Assembly (NCBI GenBank): GCA_029259185.1
Contig: JAPDJF010000003.1
Span: forward strand, 14,875 to 78,874
From: Hadesarchaea archaeon
Lineage (GTDB): Archaea; Hadarchaeota; Hadarchaeia; Hadarchaeales; WYZ-LMO6
Direction: 5' to 3'
DNA: 64,000 bases
Shown: positions 39,846 through 48,486 of the stretch, piece by piece
How positions within the stretch are numbered: the first letter of the stretch is position 1
Layout of the letters: each line of letters opens with the position of its first letter
Program-made: the position numbers and the translations under genes
Notes under the pieces: model-generated
What the model was told of the DNA's origin: nothing
The model's database searches: none
What the model saw: only the letters and a program-made list of their open reading frames with translations

Positions 39846-40045
39846 TTTAATTCAAAAAACTTTTCCCATGTCGAAACGAGGACTCGGCAGAAAATTTCAT
39901 CCCGTGAGCACAGTTGCAGGAGGTTCGGTCCCTCGTGTGTGCCACCCCGGCCGTTTTATCGGTACCTCAGTACTGGTCGGTGAACTACCCCGCCCTAAAG
40001 GACGGGGCTTCTGCGCTCGCTGGCCAACGGGTAACTTCAGGGTCT

Positions 40046-40210
40046 TCATCGCTTGGGCCATTTGACTTCACCTTTTCGATCCTTTTCCACAAGCTTGAGC
40101 ATGTACTCGCTCGTGTCCTTAAACTTCAGAACCTTCGCCCGGTACTGTGCCCAAGCCCACAGCTCCTCGTCACTCTCGTCATGGAGCACCAAGGATGTGT
40201 GTTTTGCCAT
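40046..40210 (-). CDS. Small ribbon-helix-helix-like protein (54 aa). Below the ORF-track length cutoff.
   Basis: Manual translation gives MAKHTSLVLHDESDEELWAWAQYRAKVLKFKDTSEYMLKLVEKDRKGEVKWPKR. The beta-strand/helix/helix pattern is typical of CopG/Arc-type RHH proteins. Confidence 0.35.
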   Translation of the reverse strand: MAKHTSLVLHDESDEELWAWAQYRAKVLKFKDTSEYMLKLVEKDRKGEVKWPKR

Positions 40211-40430
40211 ACTTGCCAAACGTATATACGTGGCTAGGTTTTATATCTTTTTGGGGTAATCGGCCCCATCCCCTCCCTTGCGGAGGGGTCTTCTCGCGGA
40301 GGCAGATAAATTCTCGTCTTTGATCTTCGAGCTGACTTTCGTCATCCGTTATCTTGGACTCGGTGAGAGACTTGGTTTTTTTTCAAAAAATGTCTAGCGG
40401 TAGAATTAAACGGTAATTTGTCCGAGTCAG

Positions 40431-41129
40431 GTGATGGGGGCGGATTTCGATCGAATAGCATCTAGTTACGACAAGTGGTATGACACCCCTCTTGGCAAAT
40501 ATGCTCATGAGCTGGAGAAGGAATTGATCCTCCAGTTCGCCGCTCCGAAGAAAGGTGAAAGGATACTTGATGTGGGGTGTGGAACCGGGATATATGCCAT
40601 AGAACTAGCGAAAATGGGATTAGATGTAACGTGTTATGACCGTTCCAGAAACATGCTTCGAGTTTCTTGGAACAAAGCACAGGAGAGGAGAATCCATATG
40701 AATTTCGTGTTGGGGACAGCCGAAAAGCTTCCTTTTAGAGACAGGAGCTTTGATCTCATCATCTCGATAACAACTTTAGAGTTCATAGAACACCCAGCAC
40801 TCGTAGTAAATGAGATGAAACGGGTTCTCCGGAGGAGCGGGAGAATAGTCCTTGGAGTCCTTAACAGCTGGAGTTCTTGGGCTATCGAGAGGAAACTCAA
40901 ATCCTTGGTGCGAGAGTCCGTCTTCAAGTATGCCAGATTCTATAACCCTTTGGAGCTGACAACGATGTTACGACCTATGAAGGTAGAGTGGGATTCGACT
41001 CTCCTCCTCCCACCCGAGACTCCAGAGTTCGTTTTGAATGGGGGTAAAAAGATAGAAAAGTTCTTGGTGAAGATACTCAAACCCTTTGGGGCGTTCATAT
41101 GTTTAAAAGCGACATGGAGGGGGAGATGA
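40431..41129 (+). CDS. Class I SAM-dependent methyltransferase.
   Basis: Motif I ILDVGCGTGIYA, an acidic residue after beta2 (CYDRS) and motif post I. Confidence 0.75.
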   Translation: MMGADFDRIASSYDKWYDTPLGKYAHELEKELILQFAAPKKGERILDVGCGTGIYAIELAKMGLDVTCYDRSRNMLRVSWNKAQERRIHMNFVLGTAEKLPFRDRSFDLIISITTLEFIEHPALVVNEMKRVLRRSGRIVLGVLNSWSSWAIERKLKSLVRESVFKYARFYNPLELTTMLRPMKVEWDSTLLLPPETPEFVLNGGKKIEKFLVKILKPFGAFICLKATWRGR

Positions 41130-41917
41130 TGGAGATAATCTATGGTCCGGTTTCCTCTTGGAGACTTGGTAGGTCACTTGGGATTGACCTGATATGCAAA
41201 GAGGAAGGGAAAGTATGCAGCTTCGATTGTATATATTGCTCGCTCGGAAGAACCACCGAGAAAACCCTTGAGAGAAAGCTCTACGTTCCCACCGATCTAA
41301 TGGAGGAGGATTTACGAAAAACGTTGAAGGAAGTTGATGCTGATATCATCACTTTTTCGGGAACGGGTGAGCCGACCCTAGCTCTCAATTTGGGGGAAGC
41401 CATAATGGCCGTGCGGAAGATAACCGATCTCCCGGTTGCGGTGTTAACCAATTCTACGCTGATGGTTAGAGAGGATGTGAGGAGGGAGTTGGCCAAAGCG
41501 GACGTGATTAAGGGAAAGCTAGATGCTCCGAATGGAGAAGTGCTCGAAGCGGTGAACCGCCCCCACCAAGGTGTTGGGTTCGAGGAGCTCGTGAAGGGGA
41601 TGAAGCTTTTTCGGAAAGGTTACAGAGGAAAGTTCTCTATCGAAGTGATGTTCGTGCCTCAGAACGTAAGGTATGCTGGGAGGATAGCGGAAGTGATTAA
41701 GGAAATCGGACCAGACGAAGTGCAGATCAATACACCTACCCGACCGAGCCCCGTTGGTCCCCTCACACCAAAACAGATCGAGGAAATCGAAGAGAACTTC
41801 AAGACAATGAATTTCATATCGGTTTATAGGGCTGAGAGGGTGAGAATCGAGAAGATCGTTGGGGGGAAAAAAGTGGGGAGGTTAAAGCGTCGAGAGGGTG
41901 GAGGCTCCCGAAGTTAA
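41099..41917 (+). CDS. Radical SAM protein (archaeal COG0731-like).
   Basis: CxxxCxxC (CSFDCIYCSLG) preceded by GPVSSWRLGRSLGIDL. The start probably lies within 41099-41130. Confidence 0.65.
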   Translation: MFKSDMEGEMMEIIYGPVSSWRLGRSLGIDLICKEEGKVCSFDCIYCSLGRTTEKTLERKLYVPTDLMEEDLRKTLKEVDADIITFSGTGEPTLALNLGEAIMAVRKITDLPVAVLTNSTLMVREDVRRELAKADVIKGKLDAPNGEVLEAVNRPHQGVGFEELVKGMKLFRKGYRGKFSIEVMFVPQNVRYAGRIAEVIKEIGPDEVQINTPTRPSPVGPLTPKQIEEIEENFKTMNFISVYRAERVRIEKIVGGKKVGRLKRREGGGSRS

Positions 41918-41950
41918 ATTTTTCAATGGAATCTCCAGAGTTATACAGAA

Positions 41951-42703
41951 ATGAAAATCGTTTACGGTGAGAAATATCGTACCGTCTACTCTTCTGATCC
42001 AGCGGCTGCGCCTGGCAGGATGGAATCAATCTTGGACGAACTCGGCGGGGCCTTTGATTTCGTGGAACCAGAACCCGCAAGCGAGGAAGACATTTGCTTG
42101 GTCCATACCCGTTCCCACTTGGATCGGATCAAGAAGAAACCCGTGATTTACGAGGTAGCGCTGTTATCGGCGGGAGGTGCGATAAAGGCATCCGAGATAG
42201 CTATGGAAGAGGGCCCCGCGTTTGGACTTATAAGACCTCCAGGACATCACGCGAACCCTGATAACTGTTGGGGATTTTGTTATTTCAACAACATCGCTGT
42301 TTCGGTTGAGAAGCTGAGAAAAAGTGGAAAAATAAAGAGCGCGGTGATCGTGGATTTTGATCTCCACTATGGTGATGGTACCGCGAATATTTTCGCACAC
42401 GTGGATGAGGTCGTCTACCACCACCTAGGGGGGAGAGACAGAATCGCCATCTTGGAAGATCTGGAGTCATTCCTTTCCAGCCTCCGTACGTGCGATGTTA
42501 TATGCGTTTCTGCAGGATTCGACAACCATGAGGAGGACTGGGGTGGCGCGCTGAAGACCCAAGATTACAACGAAATCGGAAAGATCATTAAAGAGCGAGC
42601 CGATGCCTTGTGTGGTGGAAAGAGATACGGAGTTCTAGAGGGGGGGTATAATCATGTGGTGCTCGGTAAGAATGTTCGGGCATTTCTTGCTGGATTTGGA
42701 TGA
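41951..42703 (+). CDS. Histone deacetylase-family (HDAC/AcuC-like) amidohydrolase.
   Basis: RPPGHHA and DFDLHYGDGT zinc-site motifs. Confidence 0.7.
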   Translation: MKIVYGEKYRTVYSSDPAAAPGRMESILDELGGAFDFVEPEPASEEDICLVHTRSHLDRIKKKPVIYEVALLSAGGAIKASEIAMEEGPAFGLIRPPGHHANPDNCWGFCYFNNIAVSVEKLRKSGKIKSAVIVDFDLHYGDGTANIFAHVDEVVYHHLGGRDRIAILEDLESFLSSLRTCDVICVSAGFDNHEEDWGGALKTQDYNEIGKIIKERADALCGGKRYGVLEGGYNHVVLGKNVRAFLAGFG

Positions 42704-43834
42704 ATGTGGGGGGAAGGGATGCTTGAGTTGGAAATGCTTAAAAAAATCTCGTATGAAATCGGGCCTATAAGACCACCCTCGGAAGGGAGGCACTCGTTAC
42801 TCTTGAGGCTCACGAGGAACTGTCCTTGGGGTCTCTGTAAGTTCTGCTACGGTAAGCCCTACAACCGAGAGAGGTTCAAGATCCGAGGGATACAGGAGAT
42901 CGAGAGGGAGATCGAGAATGTGAAAACCTTGAAGGATGGGATAGAGACCATCTCCAAGAAGCTAGGTGGTATGGAGTGGACAGCGTTGGCTCTAAGCAGT
43001 TACTCCCTTTATGGGAAAGAAGTTTCTGAGCTGAATCTAGGCGAGTTCTTGAATTTTCAGTGCATAATGAATGTATTTAGTTGGATCAGGGATGGCGCTA
43101 GGACCGTGTTCCTCCAAGATGCGGATAACTTGATGATGCGAACAGACGACTTGGTAGAGATTTTGAGGTTTTTCAAGAGAACTCTTGGAGCTCCGGAGCG
43201 AGTGACTTCGTACGCTAGGGGTAGAACTGTTTTCAAGAAACCTATGAGTGAATTGAAAGAGATCAAAAAGGCTGGGCTCTCAAGACTTCACGTGGGGTTA
43301 GAAAGTGGGGATGAGCTAGTCCTGAAGTATATGAACAAAGGGATGACGCCCCAAGAACTCATCGTGGGTGGGAAGAAAGCTATAGAGGCTGGGTTCGAGC
43401 TCTCCCTTTACGTCATTTTGGGACTGGGTGGGAAATCGATGTGGAGGCGACACGCGGAAAACACGGCGAAAGTGTTGAACGAGATAAACCCTGATTTCGT
43501 AAGGGTTCGCCGACTGGTTCCACTGAAAGACACTCCTCTTTTCGAAGAATGGAAGAGGGGAGAATTCATCCTGCTGTCACCTCACGAGGAGCTGAAAGAA
43601 ATAGCAACTCTTATCAAAGGGTTGGAATTTGAGGGAAAGGTATGCTTTGATCACTTTGCTAACCCATTTTATCACACGGGAGCGGGTTTTAGGTGGGTCT
43701 TCAAACAAGACAGTGAGGGGTACCAATTTCCTCAAGAAAAAGAAGAAGTTCTAAGGAGGATAGAGAAAGCGCTGGAGATAGATGAATCTAACTTCATCGC
43801 GGCGGGGGATCTTTCCACGCTGGAAACTTTGTGA
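42704..43834 (+). CDS. Radical SAM protein (376 aa), unknown specificity.
   Basis: CPWGLCKFCYG (CxxxCxxC). Its start is adjacent to the stop of the HDAC-like gene. Confidence 0.6.
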   Translation: MWGEGMLELEMLKKISYEIGPIRPPSEGRHSLLLRLTRNCPWGLCKFCYGKPYNRERFKIRGIQEIEREIENVKTLKDGIETISKKLGGMEWTALALSSYSLYGKEVSELNLGEFLNFQCIMNVFSWIRDGARTVFLQDADNLMMRTDDLVEILRFFKRTLGAPERVTSYARGRTVFKKPMSELKEIKKAGLSRLHVGLESGDELVLKYMNKGMTPQELIVGGKKAIEAGFELSLYVILGLGGKSMWRRHAENTAKVLNEINPDFVRVRRLVPLKDTPLFEEWKRGEFILLSPHEELKEIATLIKGLEFEGKVCFDHFANPFYHTGAGFRWVFKQDSEGYQFPQEKEEVLRRIEKALEIDESNFIAAGDLSTLETL

Positions 43835-43840
43835 TTTGGA

Positions 43841-44020
43841 TCATTCCGGAAAACTTATGGCACCCGCAGTACATACTGCTTCACATGCTCTGCAGTCTAC
43901 ACACTCGTCGGGCTTAACGACCTCACATTTTTCATCCTTGACTTCTAGCACTTCGACAGGACAGGCGTTTACACACTCCCCGCAACCGGTGCACTTCTCT
44001 CTATCTATTACGGGTGGCAT
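43841..44020 (-). CDS. 2x[4Fe-4S] ferredoxin (59 aa). Below the ORF-track cutoff.
   Basis: Manual translation gives MPPVIDREKCTGCGECVNACPVEVLEVKDEKCEVVKPDECVDCRACEAVCTAGAI, which has two CxxCxxCxxxCP motifs. Confidence 0.55.
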   Translation of the reverse strand: MPPVIDREKCTGCGECVNACPVEVLEVKDEKCEVVKPDECVDCRACEAVCTAGAISFPE

Positions 44021-44154
44021 TTTATTTGATGGATTCTAGTTATATTTAAATTTTTAGTTATGGGGCGATTCGTTGGAGGTTCGAGCGAAGTGCAGTGCGA
44101 GATCGCGGAAGGGATTAGACCACCGTTTCGGCTTGGATCGTTTGGGGGAGGGTT

Positions 44155-44799
44155 CTACAAAAAGTACTCCTTTATGAATTCAAAATTTCTTTTAGTCTTT
44201 TCCGCCCCTTTGACCACGCCACCGTGGCCTGGGAGCAGGTAGTGAATATCCAACTCGGAAACCCTTCTTATGGAGTCCTTCAATTTCTCCAGATCACCGC
44301 CTGGAAAGTCTGTGCGACCCACACCACCCTCGAACAGGAGATCCCCGCACATCAGTAACTTCAGTTCCTCACAGTAAAAGCTCACACTCCCGGGTGTGTG
44401 ACCGGGAGTGTGAATCACCACGAATTTCATTTTTCCCCCCAGTTTGTCCTCCAAAAAAATATCAACATCGAACTTCGGCATCTCCATTCCGAAGTACCCA
44501 GCGAACTCCATACTGAATGAGAGGTGTTCTAATTCCTCACGGTGCATCGCTATCTTAGCCCCTGAGAGGGTCTGAAGTGCACGGTTGGCCCCGCAGTGAT
44601 CGGGGTGGCTGTGGGTGTTCGCTATTAGGTCTATTTCTCTGATATCGAAACCATCGTTTTCCATCTCCGATAAGCGCTGACTCAAATATCTTGGATTTCC
44701 GGGATCGATGAGCACGCAAGGATTGTTGTCTATCAAGTAGGTGTTGCAGTCACCGATAGCTTTCTCGGGATACCAATAGACATTTTTGACCAGTTTCAT
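44155..44799 (-). CDS. MBL-fold metallo-hydrolase (glyoxalase II-like).
   Basis: THSHPDHCG (HxHxDH) motif. The probable start is MKLVKNV at 44799. Confidence 0.7.
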   Translation of the reverse strand: MKLVKNVYWYPEKAIGDCNTYLIDNNPCVLIDPGNPRYLSQRLSEMENDGFDIREIDLIANTHSHPDHCGANRALQTLSGAKIAMHREELEHLSFSMEFAGYFGMEMPKFDVDIFLEDKLGGKMKFVVIHTPGHTPGSVSFYCEELKLLMCGDLLFEGGVGRTDFPGGDLEKLKDSIRRVSELDIHYLLPGHGGVVKGAEKTKRNFEFIKEYFL

Positions 44800-45627
44800 C
44801 TCGACCACCGCGAGGAGACCCCGTCCGAAAGGGCTGGGAGATTTTTAGGTGAAAATGCGCGTGCGATCTTTGAAGACAGTCCAGCAGGGAGAAACGGCTT
44901 GGATGTGGGCCGGATACCCGAAAACCCGAATAAGCTTGTACAGAAATTCTTTCTGGCTCCGCGGATAGCTTTGCAGGAGCCATGAGTTCCTCCGCTACCT
45001 GACACTCTCTACCACCATTCTCGCTTTGTTTGAACACATACCGTAGAGCCTGCTAGAGAAGCTGGCGACGACGGAGGGGAGATCTCCGACTAACTCCTCG
45101 TGGGGAGTTCGTTCTTCTCGTTCATTTACCACTTCTATTCGAGCGCCGAGATCCTCAGCGTGATTTTTCAAATACTCAAAGCCAAAGCGGGTGAGGCGAT
45201 CTTTCCACGCAACGATCACGGTATCGGCCTCGCCAGCCCTAAGCATCTCGAACACTTTTTTCAACCCCCGTCGGTTCTCGAAAGTCGCAACCACTCGTAT
45301 CGCTTGCCCCTCGCGTATTCCTGAAGCATTCGTTTTTGACGTTTCAAATCTTCTTTCTGATCTACTGAGGAAACCCGTGCGTAGGCGATAGCCCGATTTT
45401 TTGGGACTCGTTGACCGAGCAACCGTTTGATTCCGCTCTCTGGGATACGATACCTTTTGGCCGCAGCCTGATGGCCTTGACCCTGCCCGCGTAAATCCAG
45501 CGCTTTATGGTGATGAACGAAATCTCCAAGAGCTTGGCCGCTTGCCCCGGTGGGCAGAGTTTTTCCCCTCGCATGTTCACCTGGGATATAAAAGGATATT
45601 TTAGGTAGCAGTTACATCACCTTCGAC
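44800..45627 (+). mobile_element. Chimeric/degenerate IS: an IS200/605-type left end (shared with the 1911 and 46852 copies) followed by an inverted, frameshifted IS607-type tnpA. The right boundary is approximate.
   Basis: Left-end identity (ctcgaccaccgcgaggagaccccg...gtgaaaatgc) and the block gagaaacggcttggatgtgg.ccggatacccgaaaacccgaata shared with copy A. Inserted 3' of TTCAT (44795-44799). Confidence 0.45.
44995..45580 (-). pseudogene. tnpA: IS607-family tnpA (MerR-like HTH plus serine-recombinase catalytic domain), disrupted by at least two frameshifts.
   Basis: Three minus-strand frames carry consecutive TnpA blocks: HTH (AAKLLEISFITIKRWIYAGRVKAIRL), the active-site region (AIAYARVSSVDQKEDLKRQ) and RGLKKVFEMLRAGEADTVIVAWKDRLTRFGFEYL. 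Confidence 0.6.
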
Positions 45628-45634
45628 AAAGCTT

Positions 45635-46054
45635 TTAGGGGGACGTTATGATTTTAGCTTTTCTTAGTACTTGGGAGGTCGTTTCTGTAATAATTTTTTC
45701 ATTCAACTCACTCGGTGAGAACCACCTGACGTCTGAAACATCTTTCCCTCTTCTGAGCTCACCACCCATGGGTTCTCCCTCAAAGCACACTACGACGTAG
45801 TGATATCTGAGATCCCCCTTCCCATCTCTCCCAATCACGTCATACACACCAAACAAATCAAGCAATTTTATCTTCAGTCCCGTTTCCTCCTCCACTTCTC
45901 GGATTGCTGTGTCTCTAATACCCTCTCCTGGCTCCACTAATCCTCCAGGGAGTGCCCACAACCCTTTTCCCGGATCAGATACTCTCTTAATGAGCACTAC
46001 CCTGTTTTTCCCGTCACGGATCAATGCGGAGGCTCCCACGAGTGGGCCGATCAT
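45635..46054 (-). CDS. Nudix hydrolase.
   Basis: Nudix box GGLVEPGEGIRDTAIREVEEETGL. Confidence 0.75.
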   Translation of the reverse strand: MIGPLVGASALIRDGKNRVVLIKRVSDPGKGLWALPGGLVEPGEGIRDTAIREVEEETGLKIKLLDLFGVYDVIGRDGKGDLRYHYVVVCFEGEPMGGELRRGKDVSDVRWFSPSELNEKIITETTSQVLRKAKIITSP

Positions 46055-46056
46055 CT

Positions 46057-46851
46057 CTATCCACTTGAAGCCGCTCTCTCCACCACTTCACTTAGCTCTG
46101 TCATTTTCTCTAGAATTCTCTCACCCCCCTCCGCATCGAATACAGAGACTCCCTTGAGTTCAGCTCTAGCCACACTTTCTTCGTATGGGATAGAGTATAT
46201 GGGAGGAACCCCAATTTTTTGGAGCTTCGTTGAAATGAATTCATTTTCTCTATCACGATATTTGTTTATTACCCCGAATATCTTGGTTATCCCTAGATCC
46301 TCTCCAAGCTTTTTTATCCGTCCAGCTGTTTCGATGGACCTCAGGCTCGGTTCCACCACTGTCAGGAGGATCTCCACTTTTCTCGTCGTTCCCCTTCCAA
46401 GATGTTCCACTCCAGCTTCCATGTCTAGGAGTAAAACATCAGCGACGCCTGAGAGGTGATCCACGAGTCTCCTCGCCAAGGCATTAGCTGGACAGAAACA
46501 ACCCTGTCCCCCCCTTCTGATTCTTCCAACGATAAGGAGTTTAACGCCATCCTTGCATTGGACTCCGAACTTATCTAATAAATCATCGACTTTCGGATTT
46601 AATTTGAAGATCAGTCCATATCCTTCAGGTGGTGCTCCGGTTCTCTCTTCGATGAGGGAGTCTCTCTCCATCAAAGGGATCAGTTTTCTTTCCGGAACTT
46701 CCCCACCAACTCCTAAGGCCGTGATGAGATTCGGGGAAGGATCGACATCCAGTGCAATGACTTTTTTCCCCCTTCTAGCGTAGGCTCTGGATAGTCCTGC
46801 GGCGATCGTTGTCTTTCCAACACCACCTTTTCCCGTTATGGCGATCTTCAT
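46057..46851 (-). CDS. cooC: CooC/AcsF-type Ni-insertion ATPase (MinD/ParA fold) for CO dehydrogenase/ACDS maturation.
   Basis: Walker A GKGGVGKTT plus the CooC-specific CxC motif (GQGCFCPANA). The probable start is MKIAITG at 46851. Confidence 0.7.
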   Translation of the reverse strand: MKIAITGKGGVGKTTIAAGLSRAYARRGKKVIALDVDPSPNLITALGVGGEVPERKLIPLMERDSLIEERTGAPPEGYGLIFKLNPKVDDLLDKFGVQCKDGVKLLIVGRIRRGGQGCFCPANALARRLVDHLSGVADVLLLDMEAGVEHLGRGTTRKVEILLTVVEPSLRSIETAGRIKKLGEDLGITKIFGVINKYRDRENEFISTKLQKIGVPPIYSIPYEESVARAELKGVSVFDAEGGERILEKMTELSEVVERAASSG

Positions 46852-47777
46852 CTCGACCACCGCGAGGAGACCCCGACCTTTTGAGGCGGGGAGGAACTGC
46901 GGGGGGGTTTTAAGTGAAAATGCATATACGCTGTTCTGATGAGGCTCGCCAAGACCGTCGCGTGCAGGCTTGAGCTCAGCGACGAGGAACGGCATAAGCT
47001 CCTCGCACGCTCCAGGCTTTTCGGGATGCCTGCAACCACATCTCCAAGATCGCCTTCGAGCGCAGGGTGTTCAACCCCGTCGCCCTGCACCACATGGTTT
47101 ACAGAGATACCAGGGCCAAATTCGGCCTGCCTGCGAACCTCGCAATCCGCGCCAGGGATCGGGTGGCCAAAGCATACAAGCAAAGGCGGAACAGGCTCCT
47201 CCGGTTCGACAAGCTCTCGCTCGACCTCGACGCTAGGCTCTTCCGTGTGTTCGAGAAGCCCGACGGGTGGCACGCCTCCATCGCAACGGTTCAGAAGCGG
47301 ATCAAGCCCCCGCTCAAAATAGGCGAATACCAGCGGAAACTGCTCGAGGGTGTCAAGCCGACCCACGCCGTGCTCACCTACAAGAACAAGCGGTTCTTCC
47401 TGCACGTCACCGTCGAGCGAGAAGTCCCGGAGCCAAAAGGAGATAACCCAGCCGCTGTTGATGCGGGAATGAACAATTTGCTCGTCGCTTCCAACGGCTT
47501 CAAGGTCAGGGGCAAAGGTATCCTCAAACGAAGACAGCACTTTCGAGCCTTGCGCTCCTCCCTCCAAGCCAAAGGCAAGCCGTCTGCCAAGCGCGGGCTG
47601 AAACGGCTCGGCTCGAAGGAGGGGAGATGGGTTGCTCGCGTGAACTTGGAGCGGAGAGCCGGCTCTCCCTCCATGGGCCGCCCCGTCAACCGGCCCTATG
47701 CGGGTTTGAGTGTCTTCGGACATGATGATCACCCTGCAAGCCCATCCTTTAGGGAAGGGTAGTTGACCTTCTTAACC
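46852..47777 (+). mobile_element. Degenerate IS200/605-family (TnpB-only type) element. It consists of a left end, a tnpB pseudogene with an internal deletion, and a right end.
   Basis: The left end is shared with 44800 and the right end with 2040-2132. Inserted 3' of TTCAT (46847-46851), which overlaps the cooC start. Confidence 0.6.
46939..47762 (+). pseudogene. tnpB: tnpB (IS605 OrfB family) remnant. N-terminal part only, with one frameshift near 47010 and a deletion of the RuvC/zinc-finger C-terminal region.
   Basis: MRLAKTVACRLELSDEERHKLLAR, then after a frame change TLQAFRDACNHISKIAFERRVFNPVALHHMVYRDTRAKFGLPANLAIRARDRVAKAYK...AAVDAGMNNLLVASNG...KRLGSKEGRWVARVN. The remnant then runs directly into the right end. 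Confidence 0.6.
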
Positions 47778-47804
47778 AAATACTTTAAGAACTCAAAACT
47801 GTTA

Positions 47805-48050
47805 CGTTCACTTTCCCTCGCGCTTCGCGGAAGCTTTCCCCGCTTTAGCGGTGCTCTAGCCCCTGCTTCATCCACCGACCCGATCCCATCCCCCTTCGGG
47901 CGGTTACGGAGATCCAATGTCCATCCTACCCGCGTCGTGGAGGTTTACAGGCGTTGGGTTCGGGGTGGCCCTCTCCACCTCCCGGAAGATTTTCGGCTCT
48001 CATCCCCAGCTCTCGCAGGGAACTTTCCGCTGACAGAATTAAAATAGGAG
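47805..48050 (+). repeat. Repeat D, copy 1 (about 245 nt; candidate structured RNA/MITE; the inverted copy is at 56912-57185).
   Basis: Four long conserved blocks match the inverted copy. They are separated by two variable insertions (19 vs 28 nt and 1 vs 24 nt). Confidence 0.5.
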
Positions 48051-48074
48051 ACATCACAACATTGCTTTGGAAGC

Positions 48075-48485
48075 ATGGGAGAGAAAATAGCGAGAATAAG
48101 CATCACTTTGCCCCAAGAGCTCCTTAAGGAACTCGATAAATCATTGAGGGCTCAACGATATGCAAGCCGGTCTGAGGCGATAAGAGATGCGGTCAGAGAC
48201 TTCTTGGCGGCATACAAGTGGCGAACGGAGTTAAGGGGAGAACAGTTGGGAGTTATCGTCCTCCTTTATGATCACCATACCCGCGGGCTTACGGATGTGA
48301 TCACCGAGATCCAGCACGAAAAAAGTGAGGTGATAAGAGCCTCCCAGCATATGCACATCGATCAGGAAAACTGTATGGAAACCTTGATGGTAAAGGGACC
48401 ATCGGAAGAGATAAAACGACTGGTAGATAGGCTAGGGGCACTACGTGGAGTCAAGCAAGCTAAGCTCATAGTGGTATCGTCTTAG
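48075..48485 (+). CDS. nikR: Nickel-responsive regulator NikR (RHH plus C-terminal metal-binding domain).
   Basis: N-terminal RHH (KIARISITLPQELLKELD...RSEAIRDAVRDFL) and a C-terminal domain with His/Cys ligands (HH...H...C). Confidence 0.7.
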   Translation: MGEKIARISITLPQELLKELDKSLRAQRYASRSEAIRDAVRDFLAAYKWRTELRGEQLGVIVLLYDHHTRGLTDVITEIQHEKSEVIRASQHMHIDQENCMETLMVKGPSEEIKRLVDRLGALRGVKQAKLIVVSS

Positions 48486-48486
48486 G

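Noticed and set aside
44060-44242. 60-aa ORF (+) between the ferredoxin and the MBL hydrolase.
   Set aside because: It overlaps the 3' end of the MBL gene on the opposite strand and has low-complexity composition. It is probably spurious.
47763-48047. Small ORFs inside repeat D (47763-48047 +, 47729-47917 -, 56953-57141 +) sharing the peptide DLRNRPKGDGIGSVDEAGARA.
   Set aside because: The shared peptide simply reflects nucleotide identity of the two repeat copies. The frames are not conserved across the variable inserts, so an RNA/repeat interpretation is preferred.
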